Positions 14,498-29,210 of a DNA stretch of 64,000 nt are shown here, in pieces (position 1 is the stretch's first letter; each line of letters opens with the position of its first letter). The notes under the pieces are model-generated. The model saw nothing but the letters and a program-made list of their open reading frames with translations. It did not search any database and was not told the origin of the DNA. Made by a program: the position numbers and the translations under genes. The DNA comes from Eledone cirrhosa (lineage: Eukaryota): NCBI GenBank assembly GCA_964016885.1, contig OZ024742.1, forward strand, positions 278,752,001 to 278,816,000. The letters run 5' to 3'.

Positions 14498-16113
14498 TTA
14501 ATGGGCCCGACGCAGGGGGGGACCCACGTCCTCTTTAAAATTGTTTTTTAAAATTTTATAGGTGTCCTGTGGGGCCTTAATCATTTTGAGGTGGGGGAAA
14601 TCCCCTGCCTGGGTGAAGTTAGGCCCTTGTGTTTTTATTAGATTGTTGTTGTACACAATGTTTAACAGTTTTTTGTTTCTTGTGTTTATGTATGTGTATG
14701 CATGTTTTTGTTTTTGTGTGGTGTTTTTTGTTTGCTGTTGTTGTGAGCTCTGTTGTGTTGGTGTCAGTGTTATGTTTTGGGGAGGGGTTGTTTTCATTTG
14801 TGTGTCTGAGGTGTGTTTTCTTTTTTTTCTTTTGATTGTGTGGCAGTGCTCCTCCTCGTCTGACGACGAACTAGGGTCATCTTCCGCGTTGGAGGGGAGG
14901 GGTATATTTTCGGGTTGTGTTTGCGGTGCGGGTGTTTTGGAAATTGTTTTTGTTTTTTGAGTGGAGGGGATGGGTTGGACATTGTTTTGTTTTGGTTCGA
15001 GCTGTGGTGGTTGTTTTTGTAGTGGTAGTTGTGGTGATTGTGTTGGTTGTGCAGTTGTTGGTGGTGTAGGCAGGATTGGGGTTTTCTTATTAAGTTGGGG
15101 ACAGACAGCCCTCAGGTGACCTCTGGTTCCGCAGAGGTAACACGAGGGCCGTCTACCCTCAACGGTAATGTTGATGAAGGTTAGATCATCCAGTATGACG
15201 CGTTCAGGGATCTGGGCGATCCTTTCGGGCCTCATTTGAACTACAAGTTCGAGGCTCGTTCCACTGAACGCGTCACCCGATGCCTTTCCCATGGACACCA
15301 GCATGTCATCCTCCAGGTCCAGGAAACCTGTCAAAACCCACCATATGTCCATAATCGGCAGGATGGTGTGGATTTTTATTTGTTGTGTTCTTCTACCCAT
15401 GTACGTAGGGTAGAAGGTGTATGCGGTGGATGTGATTGGTTTGATAGACAGTTTCACTGCTGTGTCCCTGTCCTTCATGAGATTGGATAGACTCCCGTAG
15501 AGTCTATCCTTCTGAATGAAGGCGATGTCCTTCATGACGTCTTTTAAAACCAGCTCTATCTCACTCTGTGATGGTTGAGCTGTTTTTTAATTTTGTTCGA
15601 GATTGTCCTAAACATGACCGTGTTTAGGAGTCTCTGGCTTTTTAGTTCCGGGGGGGAATGGATTGTGAATGAACCATTTTCTCCGTACACTATATATTTT
15701 TTCGCATCTGCCAGTAGCTCCTTCGCTTTGGTTATATCTACTGGCAGATAGTCGAGGGTTTTCCTTGTCGTCTCGGCGAAGGAGAAATTTTGTTTGTTTG
15801 TGTTGTTGTTGTCGTTGGTGGTGTTGTTGTTATCATTGTTGTTGTTGTCACCGTTATTGGTCTTGTTGTTGTTGTTATTGTTATTGGTGTTGTTTTCGTC
15901 CGTCGCATTGTTGTTGTTGTTGCTGTTGCTGGTGCCTCTGGTTCTTTGGGTTGTTGCCATGGCAACGTCAAGTTGTCGGTTAACAGGTGGAGAGAATTCT
16001 TCCTCTGGCTGACCTTTCTTCTTGACCTCTGCTACTGTGACAGTGACAGGGGGAAGCTGTAAGTTTATCTTCCCCTTTCCTCCTCCGAATTTTGGTGAAG
16101 AAACTTCGGCCAT
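14498..16113 (-). pseudogene. Tx1 ORF1 (gag-like zinc knuckle), split by a frameshift
   Basis: CYLCGTRGHLRAVC CCHC motif; ORFs 15556-16113 and 14498-15535 are in different frames. Confidence 0.85.
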
Positions 16114-16345
16114 TTAAAATAATATTGACTTTTCAACAAGAAAAAACTTTTCTTTTGTTTAACTATTTCGCCTAAAGGCGTAGAATATTTTGATAGACTG
16201 ACCAGATCAAAGTTTGACCTGGCAGTCCCTCTACAAAATGGTACAAAAATGAAAGTTCACAGTTTACAATTTCCGGATGAATTTAAACAAAACTTACCGA
16301 GCGAGCTCAGCACATGTGTCCATCGTAAAGAGATAGATAGATATG

Positions 16346-19300
16346 TTTCTTTTATTTGCCACCAGGGCATCAAAAGTGGGACAAGTACAATGGGGGGAGT
16401 TTACAAAACAAGGCGTCCTCAATAAGGAGGAGGCAATAACACAATATAAAAATTAAAATAAAATATAACAGAATAAAATATATAACAAAATCCTCAATAG
16501 AGAGGAGGCGGCTTGGGGGGTCGCACACACCCCCGAAAAAAGTGTGGAACCCTTTTCCTCAGGAGCACAGAGAAGGGGTGCTCCCGTGGTCTTTCATTTT
16601 CCTCACCTATAGTCTGATGTAGAGTGAAGGCCCATTCACACGGGCCATTCTCGCCACTTTCACCCATCTTTCATGAAAACGACTGGGGTGCACCACCTCT
16701 CTCTCCATCCTGATCCTTCTTGCGAAATGATATCGGAAGAAACGGACCAGTTGTTGGGCAGAGAGAAAGGTGTCTGACCTCAGTCCTTTCAGACGCGTCC
16801 ACCATACAACCTCTTTCGCCATGGCTATTACGCACAGAAACACCGCATCTCCTTCGTTTTTGAAGAGGAGAGGCGGCTTGATCGTTACAATAGACTCGGT
16901 GGTCAACCGGATCGGTCCCTCCCTTGACAGCAGTTGTTCGACATATCCCCACAGATCGGCAATGCCCGAGCAGTGTACCAATTCGTGTGCAACCTTTTCC
17001 TCGTCGCACACCCATCTGTGACAGATCTTATTCGAGGGGTCCCTACCCGGGCGCCCGTGACTGTAGAGCCTTTCTCGAACGGGCAGAGCCCTTCTGTAGC
17101 ACTGCCAGGCCAGTGACCTCTGGAAGTTACCCATGGGTACCGGGCTGAATGTCCTACCGAACAGGTTGGCCAGTTCGTCTTCCTCCATGCATGGGGCTTC
17201 TCCGAGGGCGTCGTCGCTCCTGCTAACCACCAGCCCTCTATAGAATGACGAGGTGGATTCTCGACTGACAGTCGGGTACTCCTGCCAGAGAGCCGTGAGC
17301 GCCTGGGCAAACTCGGTGTGCCAGGCGCCCAGTTTTCTCGGTCTTTGCTTGACCCAGGATTGCAGCTCGGTGAGTGAGACGAGTCTGGGAAAGGCTCGCC
17401 TCACAAACGGGGCCCACACCGGTTGACTGGAGAGGACTACCTGGAGGTGCCGTAGCCTTAATGCGTGTTTACGTATCATTAGCCACGGCATCCCCAGCCC
17501 TCCTTTCGAAGGGTGTTGACACCAGATGGATCTCCTCACCATAGGAGCCCGCTTCTTCCAAAGGAATTGGAAGAGTGCACTCTCCATTTTGGCGAGCGGT
17601 TCCCTTGGGCAAGGCACAACGGTCAGGCCGTAGTAGATGACGGACGCTATATAAGTGTTCGCCACCTCCGCCCGACCTTTCAGGGACAGTTTGCACTCGG
17701 CCCACTTCTGGGTCAGTGCAAAAACCCTGTTCGTTACCTCACCCCAGTTCTTCTCCACCTGGAGGTCTGGTCCGAACCAGACCCCGAGCAACTTCATCGG
17801 GCCCTCCGTCCAGCGCCCGACGACGCCATCGGAGGGCATCGATCTGCCCCTCCACGTGCCGAGTTGCAGACCGATCGACTTGTCCCGGTTCAGCTTAGCC
17901 CCTGTAAATCTTTCGTACTCCTCCTGTAAGGTGCCGATCGCCCCGATTTCCGAGGCCGTAGACACCATTACTGTTACGCGGTCGGCGTAGGCCGACACCG
18001 CTTTCCGCAATCCCGGTTCCAACGGGATGCCCTGCAACAACTCCAACTTCCGCAGCAGTGGCTCTAGAGTCATTACATACAGAAGGGAGGAGAGAGGGCA
18101 CCCCTGTCGGATGGACCGCGCTATTTCGAACGGCTCCGAGAGGTAGCCGTTCATCTTGACCCTAGAGCAGATGCGGCTGCTGTGCATGACATTGATCCAG
18201 CCCCTGAAAACGGGTCCGAAGCCTGTCGCCGCTAGTACCGCATCCAGGTAACCATGGTCGACCCTATCGAATGCCTTAGATTGATCCAAGTTGATCAGGG
18301 CCCCACCAAAGCCGGGTTCGTTCCCAACCCTCTCTATGATGTATCGGATGAGGTGGAGATTGTCGTGGATGGACCTGGACCGGATAGCACAATCTGCGCA
18401 TCTCCCACGAGGTTGCCCACGACAAGCGCCAAACTCCTTGCTAGCGCCTTGGCGAAAATCTGTAACTCTGTATTTAGCAGAGTTATGGGCCTGAAATTAT
18501 TTATATCGTCCCCCTTGTTCTCGTCCTTCCTCACTAGCGTGACTACGCCCTTGGTCACAGCACAGGGAATTCTCCCGTTCTGTTGCCAGTTACAGTAGAC
18601 CGCCTCGAGGAGATCGGGGATCAAGTCCGGCATAGCTAGATATAGTTCGTATGGAAGACCATCGAGACCCGAGGATTTGCGTTTGCCGCATTGGCTCAGC
18701 ACGTCCTCTATCTCAGCGTCTGAAATCGGCTCCTCGCAGGACTTCGCCTCCCTGTCCGAGAGACGGGGCAGGCCGTCGAGGTATGGACCGAAGTCCACAT
18801 CGCCAACCGGCTCCCCGCCCCTTCCGAACAATCCGGCAAAGTGCTTTTGAAAAGCCTCGCACATCTGCTTAGGTTCAAGGATCACCCGTCCATCCTGATC
18901 TCGCAAAGACCGGATAGTGGATCTGCTCCCTCTTTTGGCTTCTGTCACGCGGGCCTAGCTAACAGCTTTGGTCCTCTCGTTTCCCAGAGCACGTATTTGG
19001 CTTCGGACGATGCAGCCTTCGTGTTTCGCGTCGAAGAACTGGCCCAGGGCCGTTCTCGACGCTAGCACTCTGGCCACATCGCCGCTTCTAATTGCCTCTT
19101 CTACACTATCTACCCTACCCACTCCCTTTCCTTCCTATTTCTATTTGAGGCTAACTCCTTACTAAATTCTATAGAGACTACTCTAATCTCTCCTTTGAGG
19201 GATCCCCACCACCTGCTTTTGACGATGGCGCCCGTTAACCGCTCCTTAACTAAAGTGCTAATCCGGTCCTTGTAAGCCTTACTTGCCGGTAAGGACAAGT

Positions 19301-19727
19301 TGAGCTTCCAGTAACCGGGTCCCTGTCTATGAGTTCTATCAAGGTTGACCATGCGGGTCACTAACTTGTGGTCTGAATAGCCAACCATGCGCATTTTTGG
19401 ACAACTTAAAAAGTCCTTATCCTTAATTCTAACTAAGAACCTATCTAGGTACGACCTAGATGATCCGCTACGATTTGCCCAAGTCCAGGTTGGCGCAGTC
19501 GGAAAATCTAGTCGATATCTATCGGCCAGATCAAATCGACCGATTAACCCTTTGAGGCTATTACACCCCTCTCTATCGGGACAGGCCCCTACGTAGCCCC
19601 AGCTTGCATCTAGGATACCATTCCAGTCCCCCACTAATAGCAAGGAGCGGGATGTCCCTAGAAAAGTCTCCAGACGATGGAAGAAGTCCGGCCGCATTGA
19701 CCCGAAAGGGCCGTAGGCGGCTACCAA
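16346..19727 (-). mobile_element. 5'-truncated Tx1 LINE, copy B, in tandem with copy A
   Basis: Highly similar to copy A ORF2 and 3' UTR; RT ORF at 16607-18289; both ends flanked by GATA repeats. Confidence 0.95.
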
Positions 19728-19921
19728 GATAGATAGATAGATAGATAGATTGATGTTTCGCTGTATCTTTAGATATAGACAGATAAGGAGGGAGGGAAAG
19801 GTACAGAGAAAGACTGGAAAAGAAAGCATTGCGATTGCTTAATGATAAAAATAACAATATGCCATCCCAATATTGCCTCCACCACTACTGCTGCTGCTGC
19901 CACTATTGTTGCTGTTGCTGC

Positions 19922-20060
<139 letters not shown>

Positions 20061-20168
20061 ATATATCTATCGAACTATCTCTTTATCTATCTATGTGTAA
20101 TACAGGTGGAGAGAGGTAGAAGAGAGACCATGTTAGTTTAGATAAAGCATAGTGGAAAATGTTATTAC

Positions 20169-20218
<50 letters not shown>

Positions 20219-20392
20219 ATCTATGTGTGAGTGCGTGTATATATATATATATACTGAAGTAAAAGTTAAGTGGAAATATCCAAGAGTAAGATAATATACT
20301 ATATGTTTATTTAAAAACATTTTGAAGACTATTAGCTATGAGTTTTAAAGACGTGACTATGTCACTTACTTAGTCTCGGCAAAATCAAAGGG

Positions 20393-20441
20393 AAGCAACT
20401 GACAGCTGTTTCTCGTTTATCCACGGTTATCAAGATTGCTT
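20393..20441 (-). ncRNA. Hammerhead motif, U3-A8 variant
   Basis: AAGCAAUC-UUGAUAA-CCGUGGAUAAACGA-GAAAC-AGCU-GUC^AGUUGCUU, inside an inverted repeat (~20305-20380 versus ~20525-20602). Confidence 0.55.
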
Positions 20442-22097
20442 AACCCTTCGCTTCTACTGAGACTTATAGAAGGTGGATTCTTATAGAATTCCAGTGATGT
20501 TTAGGAGCTGATTAAACCGGTCTAGCCGAGACTAAGTAAGTGACATAGTCACTAATTTAAAACTCATAGCGAATGGTCTTCAAAATATTTTTAAATAAAC
20601 ATCCATTTTCAAATATACTATACATACGATTAAAGATCGGCCTAATTTTTTTTTTTTTAATTCAAGGAAAAGTTCTATTTTCTCGCATGTTTATATGCAC
20701 ATAGAGTATATATGCGTATATATTTATATTCGTGTTAGTACAGACTCAGTTGCACATTATACAGATATAACTTTACCATACACCTCGCCTAAACTCGGCT
20801 AATAGCGCACTTCTCAATATATATATATATTAATGAAAAAAGGAAAGCCGCATTCTAAATATACTTGAAATGTTGCAAAATCATGACTGACAAGCTTGTG
20901 TAACCATGCGATGACGCAAGACATGTGGCGTCGACTGCAGGTATTATTCACACATAAGTTTAAGTAATAAGTTACTGGATGATGTAAAAATATACACAAG
21001 TAATTGAAATGGAGGCGTTCTATCGGTTATTGCGACCTAAGGGACAGACCTCATATGTATTCCACACTTCCACCAGTCATAAAGCCGGCCAAAATCAACT
21101 GTTTGATGTGTTTATCAAGGTTAAGGAGTTCAAATATGATCTGCAAGTGTTGTGCTGGTACCTGGTCAAAAACCAGCATAGCGCACGATTATTCTCCTAA
21201 AAGGTATAAAGCGAAATAAAAACTACAGAGTTTAAAAAGATGACAAAAATTGGGAACATCTAATATATTTTTGGAAATAAGGCACACGTTTCCAGCAACC
21301 GTAGATCAAGGGTCTGCATATTTCCGCTATCATCCACTTGATGTTGTCTGTAGAGTATTCTTCCAATTTCCCGACATACCTAGAAGGCTGTGTTGCGTAT
21401 CTTTACTCTCGGCAACTCAATGACGCAGCATGATTATTATAGTATTCTATGAATTGCCATTTTGTGAGGCCGATATATCGCTTGAGGTTGGTTTAGCGCT
21501 CTGCATTTGTTGATTTGACATTTGCCTCGTAGAATATAGCTTGATTTTTAAAACCTACATCTAGTGGCCATGTATTTATGTTCCTAAAAGTCACTCAGAT
21601 AACGGCCCTTTCTTTTATGCATGTTTGGACAAATATATGTGTGTACATATGATAGTCTAACTGAATCGATTCCCATCGAATTAAACTACGATTATTCCAG
21701 TTCTTCGATCAACTGAACGACTTATTGAATTAAAGGTGTACATTTAACAAGGCTGGTCCTTTCACTAACAGGTTCAGTCAATGCAACTGTTTTCCAATGA
21801 GTTTGCTACTACATAATTGCAAATATATTTCTTGGCTCGAATCGAGGTTTGAAGCAGCATACTAGGCTCAGGATCGACGTAAAATGTAGTTCCCAAAGCT
21901 GGAAATAGGCCGAAACTAATTTCAATATACAAGCCTCCAATACTGGTCATAGGCGGTGGCCGGATGTAAAAGGTAGGTCACACATTAAACTAATCATTAC
22001 CAATGTTATGATCAATGCGAAATACATACGATTTAAGTGTGGATTACTGTTATATAAAATAATGAATACATATACGCATCTGCAACACACATACACT

Positions 22098-22145
<48 letters not shown>

Positions 22146-22394
22146 GAAAACAAGCATACATATGTAGGTGCTCACAGAGTTATATATATATATATATATA
22201 TATATAAACGTACACACGCCCTCCAAATACAAAAAAAGCAAACTTGCACACACACATATGGATATATATATATACACTAATCCTTTGTATAACAATCACT
22301 ATATATGCTACTAAACAGAATATAAATAATACAAAAACAGCCAAACACAAATATACATACATATATAACTATAGTTTAATGATTTTATAGAGTT

Positions 22395-22525
22395 ACGGTC
22401 CTTGCCGTTCTGAGTTCAAATCCCGCCGAGGTTAACTTTCCCTTTCATCCTTACGGGGTCGATAATACAAAGCACCTATAATACACCCGTAATTGCTGGC
22501 CTTGTGCCAAAAGTAGAAATAATTA
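22395..22525 (+). mobile_element. tRNA-derived SINE, partial
   Basis: GAGTTCAAATCCCGCCGAGGTTAACTTTCCCTTTCATCC. Confidence 0.7.
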
Positions 22526-22559
22526 TTATTTCAGATGCATTGTATACATACGGTATATA

Positions 22560-22593
<34 letters not shown>

Positions 22594-22606
22594 CATATAC
22601 ATATAT

Positions 22607-22792
22607 ATCCACAATTATTTAAGTATTTATTTCCTATCACATATCATTTTGTTGTCTGTCATATACATATATACATATTCATATATACATATATATATAT
22701 ATATACATATATATCCACAATCATTTAAGTATTTATTTTCTATCACATATCATTTCGTTGTCTGTCATATACATATATACATATACATATGT

Positions 22793-22842
<50 letters not shown>

Positions 22843-22892
22843 ACAATCATTTAAGTATTTATTTCCTATCACATATCATTTCGTTGTCTGTA
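22607..22892. repeat. Three ~53-bp direct repeats separated by (TA/CA)n
   Basis: ATCCACAATCATTTAAGTATTTATTTCCTATCACATATCATTTCGTTGTCTGT three times, with minor differences. Confidence 0.8.
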
Positions 22893-22929
22893 GACAATTA
22901 TGTGTATCATTGAATATATCTCCTAATTA

Positions 22930-22972
<43 letters not shown>

Positions 22973-22973
22973 A

Positions 22974-23015
<42 letters not shown>

Positions 23016-23684
23016 CTGTGTGTGTGTGTGTATACTTGTTGCTGTGTATATGAGAGGTCTATCAATGTGTAAATGTCGGCTACCATGAAAATATGATGTA
23101 TGTGATGTATGTTAGTAGCGTGAGAATGTATATATATATAGAAAGTCTTCCCAATTGAGAAAGTCTTCCCAATATTTCATTCGGTAACCAGCTGCCCTAA
23201 TCAATATAGTTGTAATCGAAATATCGGAAGATGAATGCATTATGAAGTACTCTACATAAACTACAGAAGCAACAGACACAAAAACACACACACATATAGT
23301 TTATACGCATACACACATACTTTTATACATACTCACACAGACGAACAGAGGCACACACGCAGATTTGCAAGCGCACGCAGAATTACAGACTTATTTGTGA
23401 TAAAACAAAACCGTCATAATACCTAATTGCCACACATATAGATACTCTCACGCACATATATACGCACAAACACACATAAAGTACACACATACATATATTT
23501 ATACATGTATGTGTTTATGTGTGTGCATATGCAAATTCAGACACACACAAATCTATATATATATGTGTGTGTACGTGTGTGTGTATGTGTATGCGTGTGT
23601 GTATATATGTATATATAAATATATATATACATATACAAATATGCATATATATATATATATTTTTTTATTATATTATAGAAGGAG

Positions 23685-23731
23685 CTTCTACAGGACTAGT
23701 ACTGTTTCATTCAGATGAAATCTTCAGGAAG
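23685..23731 (-). ncRNA. Type I hammerhead inside the palindrome at 23673-23780
   Basis: CUUC-CUGAAGA-UUUCAUCUGAAU-GAA-ACAG-UACUAGUC-CUGU-A^GAAG. Confidence 0.6.
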
Positions 23732-23859
23732 ATTTCATCTGAATGAAACAGTACTAGTCCTGTAGAAGCTCCTTCTATAAAATAATAAAAAAATTTTACT
23801 CTGCCATGTATTGAGTACCTTACTTACTGTGGTTATCCCCGACTCAACCCGGGACCTAC

Positions 23860-23891
<32 letters not shown>

Positions 23892-23932
23892 GTGTGTATA
23901 AATATATATATATATATATTAGGATTGATGTG

Positions 23933-23971
<39 letters not shown>

Positions 23972-25349
23972 ATATATGTGTGTATATATATGTGTGTATA
24001 TATATAAATATGTATATATGTATATATATGTATACACACACCCATATAGGCACTACATATAGACAATCATCATTCTAAATATACGGATTAGTATACGGCC
24101 ATTAAGCGTCCATTACCACATTTGTATATGTATATATATATACATTTATATATAAACCTGTACATGAACACACAGAGACTAACAGACACACGAACACACA
24201 CATGAACATAGACAGATACACCACACTCTACGCATACACATATGTTATTGGCGTATAATTCTACCTCCCCTCCCCCCTCTCTTTCCTCTCTTCGCGAAAA
24301 CCTATCCGCCTCAATGTGGTAGTGACTGCATTCTTCCACTACCGACGCACAGTGCCATATACGCAACGAAAGAAAACATTTTCATGGTGTATATTCGGTA
24401 ACGGGCCCAAACCCATAATGTGCGATTTGGTTTTTCTAGTAACTTACGTAAATGGATATAAGATATACCTGTTTTGCAGCAGTCAAAGAAACCAAATTCT
24501 TCATGCCTAGGAAAAATTTACCTTCAGAAAAGAGTTACTAAGGAGAAAACCTCTTTTCTGAAGGAAAAAATCATTAAATCCTGTCCTCACTTCAGAAAAT
24601 ATTTACTTTTCTCTTAAAAGAACCACTCTCCAAAGAACACACGCTCAATCATCAAAAAAAGAACTAACAATTGCAATTTGGGACTTCCTACATGTTATCG
24701 TATATATTCAATTTTCTATCCCATAGATTCTATGTTCTACTATATTAAGATCACAAATACACATATTTCCTTTTTAGATCAACTACGCTATCTATCGATA
24801 TACTACTAAAACTCTGTGATTGTATGCTAGTCTGTAATTTAATATAGTCAAAACGGCGCATAATGGTAAAATACTTTGAAAGGAAGTTGCCCCTGAAATG
24901 GGAATAAAAATGGAATAAAACAAGTAAATGTAGATATGTATGAGAGCTGTGGCCTGATATGCCTGTGAATATCATATATGTGAGTATGACTTACATCTGG
25001 AGAGGTACAAGAAAAGATGGAGAAAGAACATGCGATAAATCGAACCCCGTATCTCTGGGATGAGGAGGTAGTGTGCTAACTGTGACGCTAAAGAGTCCCA
25101 GGTCACAAAGTCCCACCTTTTAAAGATTGTAAGAAATGCAAACATCTGGTTGATTTAAGAATCATGTATGTATGTCTGCATGTATGTATGTATGTATGTA
25201 TGTATGTATGTATGTATGTATGTATGTATGTATGTATGTATGTATGTATGTGTCTATGCATGTATGCATGTATGTATGTATATATGAGCAACGGCCATTC
25301 AAAAATGAGTAAATATGTAATTACATATGTATATATATGTATATACATG

Positions 25350-25520
25350 TTTAGTCGAAAGAAAACATCAAGACTGGTTTGATGGGAATAACAAAGAGGT
25401 TCAGATGCTTTTAAATGAAAGGAACATGATAACGAAAGTGGTAGCTGCTGGACCAGAAATGAGTAAGAATGAAGACTTCTTTCAGGAGGTGAATTGTAAA
25501 GTGCAGCCTAGGCTTCGTAC
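25350..25520 (+). mobile_element. RTE-clade LINE fragment
   Basis: RKHQDWFDGNNKEVQMLLNER resembles the RTE/BovB 'QDWFDEN' region; near (TATG)n runs. Confidence 0.6.
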
Positions 25521-27364
25521 CATGTATGTATGTTCTTCTGGTTTTATAATTTCACAAATGTTTGCCAACAGAGAGAGTCCGGTTCTAACATAGACACAAG
25601 ACACTTTCATTAGAATTTACACAACATCAACTATGTAGATATGTCTGCATGTCTGCATGCATGTATGTGTGTGCAGGTATGGATGTTATTGTATGTGAAG
25701 ATGTGCATGTTTTGAGTTGAATATGTGCATGTGCATGTGCTTTGTAAGTATGTATGTATGTATTTATGTAAGCATGCATGCATATAATGTATGTATGTAT
25801 CTATGTGTGTATGCATGTATGTATGTAAGTATGTGTGTATGTATTTTCTGCAGCCTAGCACGGCTGGCTGATATCAGATGTACATTGAGACGAGGTTACA
25901 ATCGCCTCGCTCAAATTTTCTTCGTTTCTGGTCAAGGAACGGCGCACAGTAACCGATTCCGAAAGAGACAGTTGAGTCAGAGAAAGAGAGAAGAAGAAGA
26001 ATGATGAAGAATGAAGGCATGACAGAAATAAAAGAAGAAAGAAATGATGTCGCAATTCAGTATTTCACTAGTACTTTATTTATCGAATCAATAATGTTTA
26101 AAAGCAAAATTTACCTCGTCAGATATTGAATTCAGGGCGCAGACGTTCGGAGGAAGCAATGCACGGCATTCTACCCAACGCTTTGCAAATAAATAGGTGT
26201 ATACATACGCACGCGCACGCACATACATATAAAGGCGCACAAACACACGAATGCGCATATACACATAAACGAATATACACTCCCATATATACCTAAAGAT
26301 TTAAACATTATATGATACTTGCATTATATATAGAATGCAATAACTATATATTACATTGTTATAAATAACATGTGGCGTATACTACTATCAGTTTGTCGAG
26401 TATAAATTATTTGTGCAGACTTTCAATTCGAACACCTACTAAGTGTATATAAATGTACACACACACACACACACTTATCACTTATATATCAACCATATAT
26501 ATATAAACTATATCGTATATCGTTATCAGCGTCCGGCTATAAACCATCAACCACGGCCAACATTATTTATGTTTCATATTCTTCACAAGAAGCCTGTCAT
26601 TATGAATAGACCAATGCAGAACGTGGCTCCAGGCTAGACATATGTTTAGCATTAAAACTGCGGTCAAATATCCGACATTTGTAATAAATATTTAGATCCT
26701 CTAAAAATATTCATATTAGTAATATTGATTTCTAAACAATCGCACAAAGGCCACACATTTTCGATAAAGAAGGTAACGCCGATTACATCGAACTCACTAT
26801 TTGAATGGTACTTTATTTTATCGACCTGCAGAACTGAGAAATGCGAAATAAATCTCGTGGCGATTTGATGTACATTATCACAGAAATACAAATGTTTGGG
26901 AGATGAGGGGTATTTATTATCAATTTTATCGATTTCAGTATCTGTCTCGCACTTTAGTTTATTTATCGCTGAAGAATTTAAGACAACGTCAATCTCAGTG
27001 AAATTTGAACTCACTAGTAACAGCATCACATAATTTGTGCGTGGTGTATAGAATATTATAGTCATGTTGGGTAATTTACTGTTACTTATTTTACATTACT
27101 TTGCTGTAGATCTTACACTTCTAATGGAGTTGCACAGGTATCGTCACGATATTTGACGTGTCTCTTTTTTAGATTTGTCAGAACCCTTCATTTTCCATAT
27201 TTGATTACAAACTATGTTTTACAGAATTAAAGGCTTGGATATAAGCAAAGAATGAGAAATAAAGAGAAGCCTTCAAATGATACGGGTACACAAAGATGGA
27301 GGGTAGCCCGTCGCTGGAAGGGGAGGCATTTATAGCACGTAGAATTGAAAGGCTTTACTTGTAA

Positions 27365-27620
27365 AGGCACGTGGCCTAGTGGAAAGGTGGTTGGACTTAC
27401 CATCATAATGTTGAGGGTTCGATTCCTGGGCTGGGTTGCGTTTTGTGTTCTTGAGCAAAATATTCATTTCACATTACTCCAGTATACTCAGGTGAAAATG
27501 AAAAGCTGTAATATCTGGAGGTTTAACCCAGCAATTGAATGGCATTCTGGTCTTCTACTATCAGTTGCTTCCCGCTTTGTAACCGGAATAAGCACGAGGG
27601 CATGCAATTATGACAGTGAA
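27365..27620 (+). mobile_element. tRNA-derived SINE, second family
   Basis: A-box-like TGGCCTAGTGG, B-box-like GGTTCGATTCC, then TGTGTTCTTGAGCAAAA. Confidence 0.65.
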
Positions 27621-27863
27621 AGCGATGTTTTCTCCATGTGTTTAGAAAAGGCGGCTTAATTAGGGATACAGGTTTCTAGCTATGTTGATAAAGATATATA
27701 GATCACCCAAATAAATGTAACAAGTTACATTCCACGCAGGTGCAAGACGTGTATTTTCCATACACAGGCAGAAACTTCCAGTATATATCAACATATATAT
27801 ATATATGCCTATATATATATATATATATATGAGAAAAACCACAAACCCTCTATCTCAATTCTA

Positions 27864-27899
27864 CTTTTGAAAAGCACAAGAACTGCGAAACCGGTAAGG
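27864..27899 (+). ncRNA. Minimal hammerhead motif, U3-A8 variant
   Basis: CUU-UUGAAAA-GCACAAGAACUGC-GAAAC-CG-GUA^AGG; stem I is only 3 bp. Confidence 0.35.
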
Positions 27900-28016
27900 G
27901 AACCAAATAAATATATTTAAAAAGACTCCAATTGCATTTTCGATTTCTTCTTTTTTCCTTATACTTTCACACGTGTAGGACATTTCGTTTTTTTTCCATT
28001 TTGTATAAATACCTCC

Positions 28017-28073
<57 letters not shown>

Positions 28074-28110
28074 GTATTTATATATAAATATGTGTATATA
28101 TATCTGTATT

Positions 28111-28173
<63 letters not shown>

Positions 28174-28467
28174 AGAGAGAGAGAGACAGAAATATAGAAA
28201 TACATATGCATATATATGTGTGTTTGTACGTGCATGTGTATCTGTGGAAGCATGTGTGCGTGTGTATACATGTGTGTATTTATGTGTGAATTTGCTTGTG
28301 TGCATGTGATTGAATACATCGTTTATGGAGTGAGAGAGAGACATACACTGGTGAAAATCTATTGCAAGTTATTTCCTTATGAAAGATATATTGAAAAAGG
28401 AAAATAATGAATTTATGAAAATTGCTCCAGAAGTAGACAAAAATGGTCGATTATACAATATATGCAT

Positions 28468-28538
<71 letters not shown>

Positions 28539-28692
28539 CATTATATGATATATCTAGATTATATACATATATATAGGCATATATATATAGGCATATATAT
28601 ATATATATATATATATAAGCATATATATGTATATACATGTGAAGATATACACATCCATAGATGCAACGCCCATGCATATATGAACATAAATA

Positions 28693-28736
<44 letters not shown>

Positions 28737-29111
28737 GTATATTCCTGTTTTAGTGTTTTCCTGTTACCTTTAACGTTACCACGTTTATTTTATTAAACTT
28801 GATGGTAGTCTGAAACAATTTTATAAACTTGCCCACCCCCCTTGCAGTTCTACGTATTCAATAACTGTTTCCCGACTAAGTTTGTGGTGAGGAATATAAA
28901 CAAAATATAAACCGACAGAAAATAAAATATGTTTCCATAAAGCCGTCATAAAAACGGACATGAATATTTGGACTGTGGGAAGGTATGAAATTAAAGTCAG
29001 TAAAATTCTGTTCTGGAATTCTTTGTTATATACTATAGGAAAACAGTTTCCTACTTTATTTCTGTACACAAAGACACACACACTCACAAACATACATCAC
29101 ACACACACACA

Positions 29112-29210
<99 letters not shown>

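Larger units (their letters stand above)
10631..16330 (-). mobile_element. Near full-length Tx1 (L1-clade) LINE, copy A
   Basis: 5' UTR; ORF1 with CCHC knuckle; ORF2 with APE (LNARGL, GDWN, SDHKLV), RT (KAFDRV, YADD) and C-terminal Cys motif; 3' end AATAAAAGAAA followed by (TCTA)n. Confidence 0.95.

Noticed and set aside
11755-19596. Antisense and overlapping ORFs inside the Tx1 copies
   Set aside because: They are shadow frames of the GC-rich ORF2.
22607-22892. Spaced direct repeats as a CRISPR-like array
   Set aside because: The spacers are (TA/CA)n, so this is a local tandem duplication.
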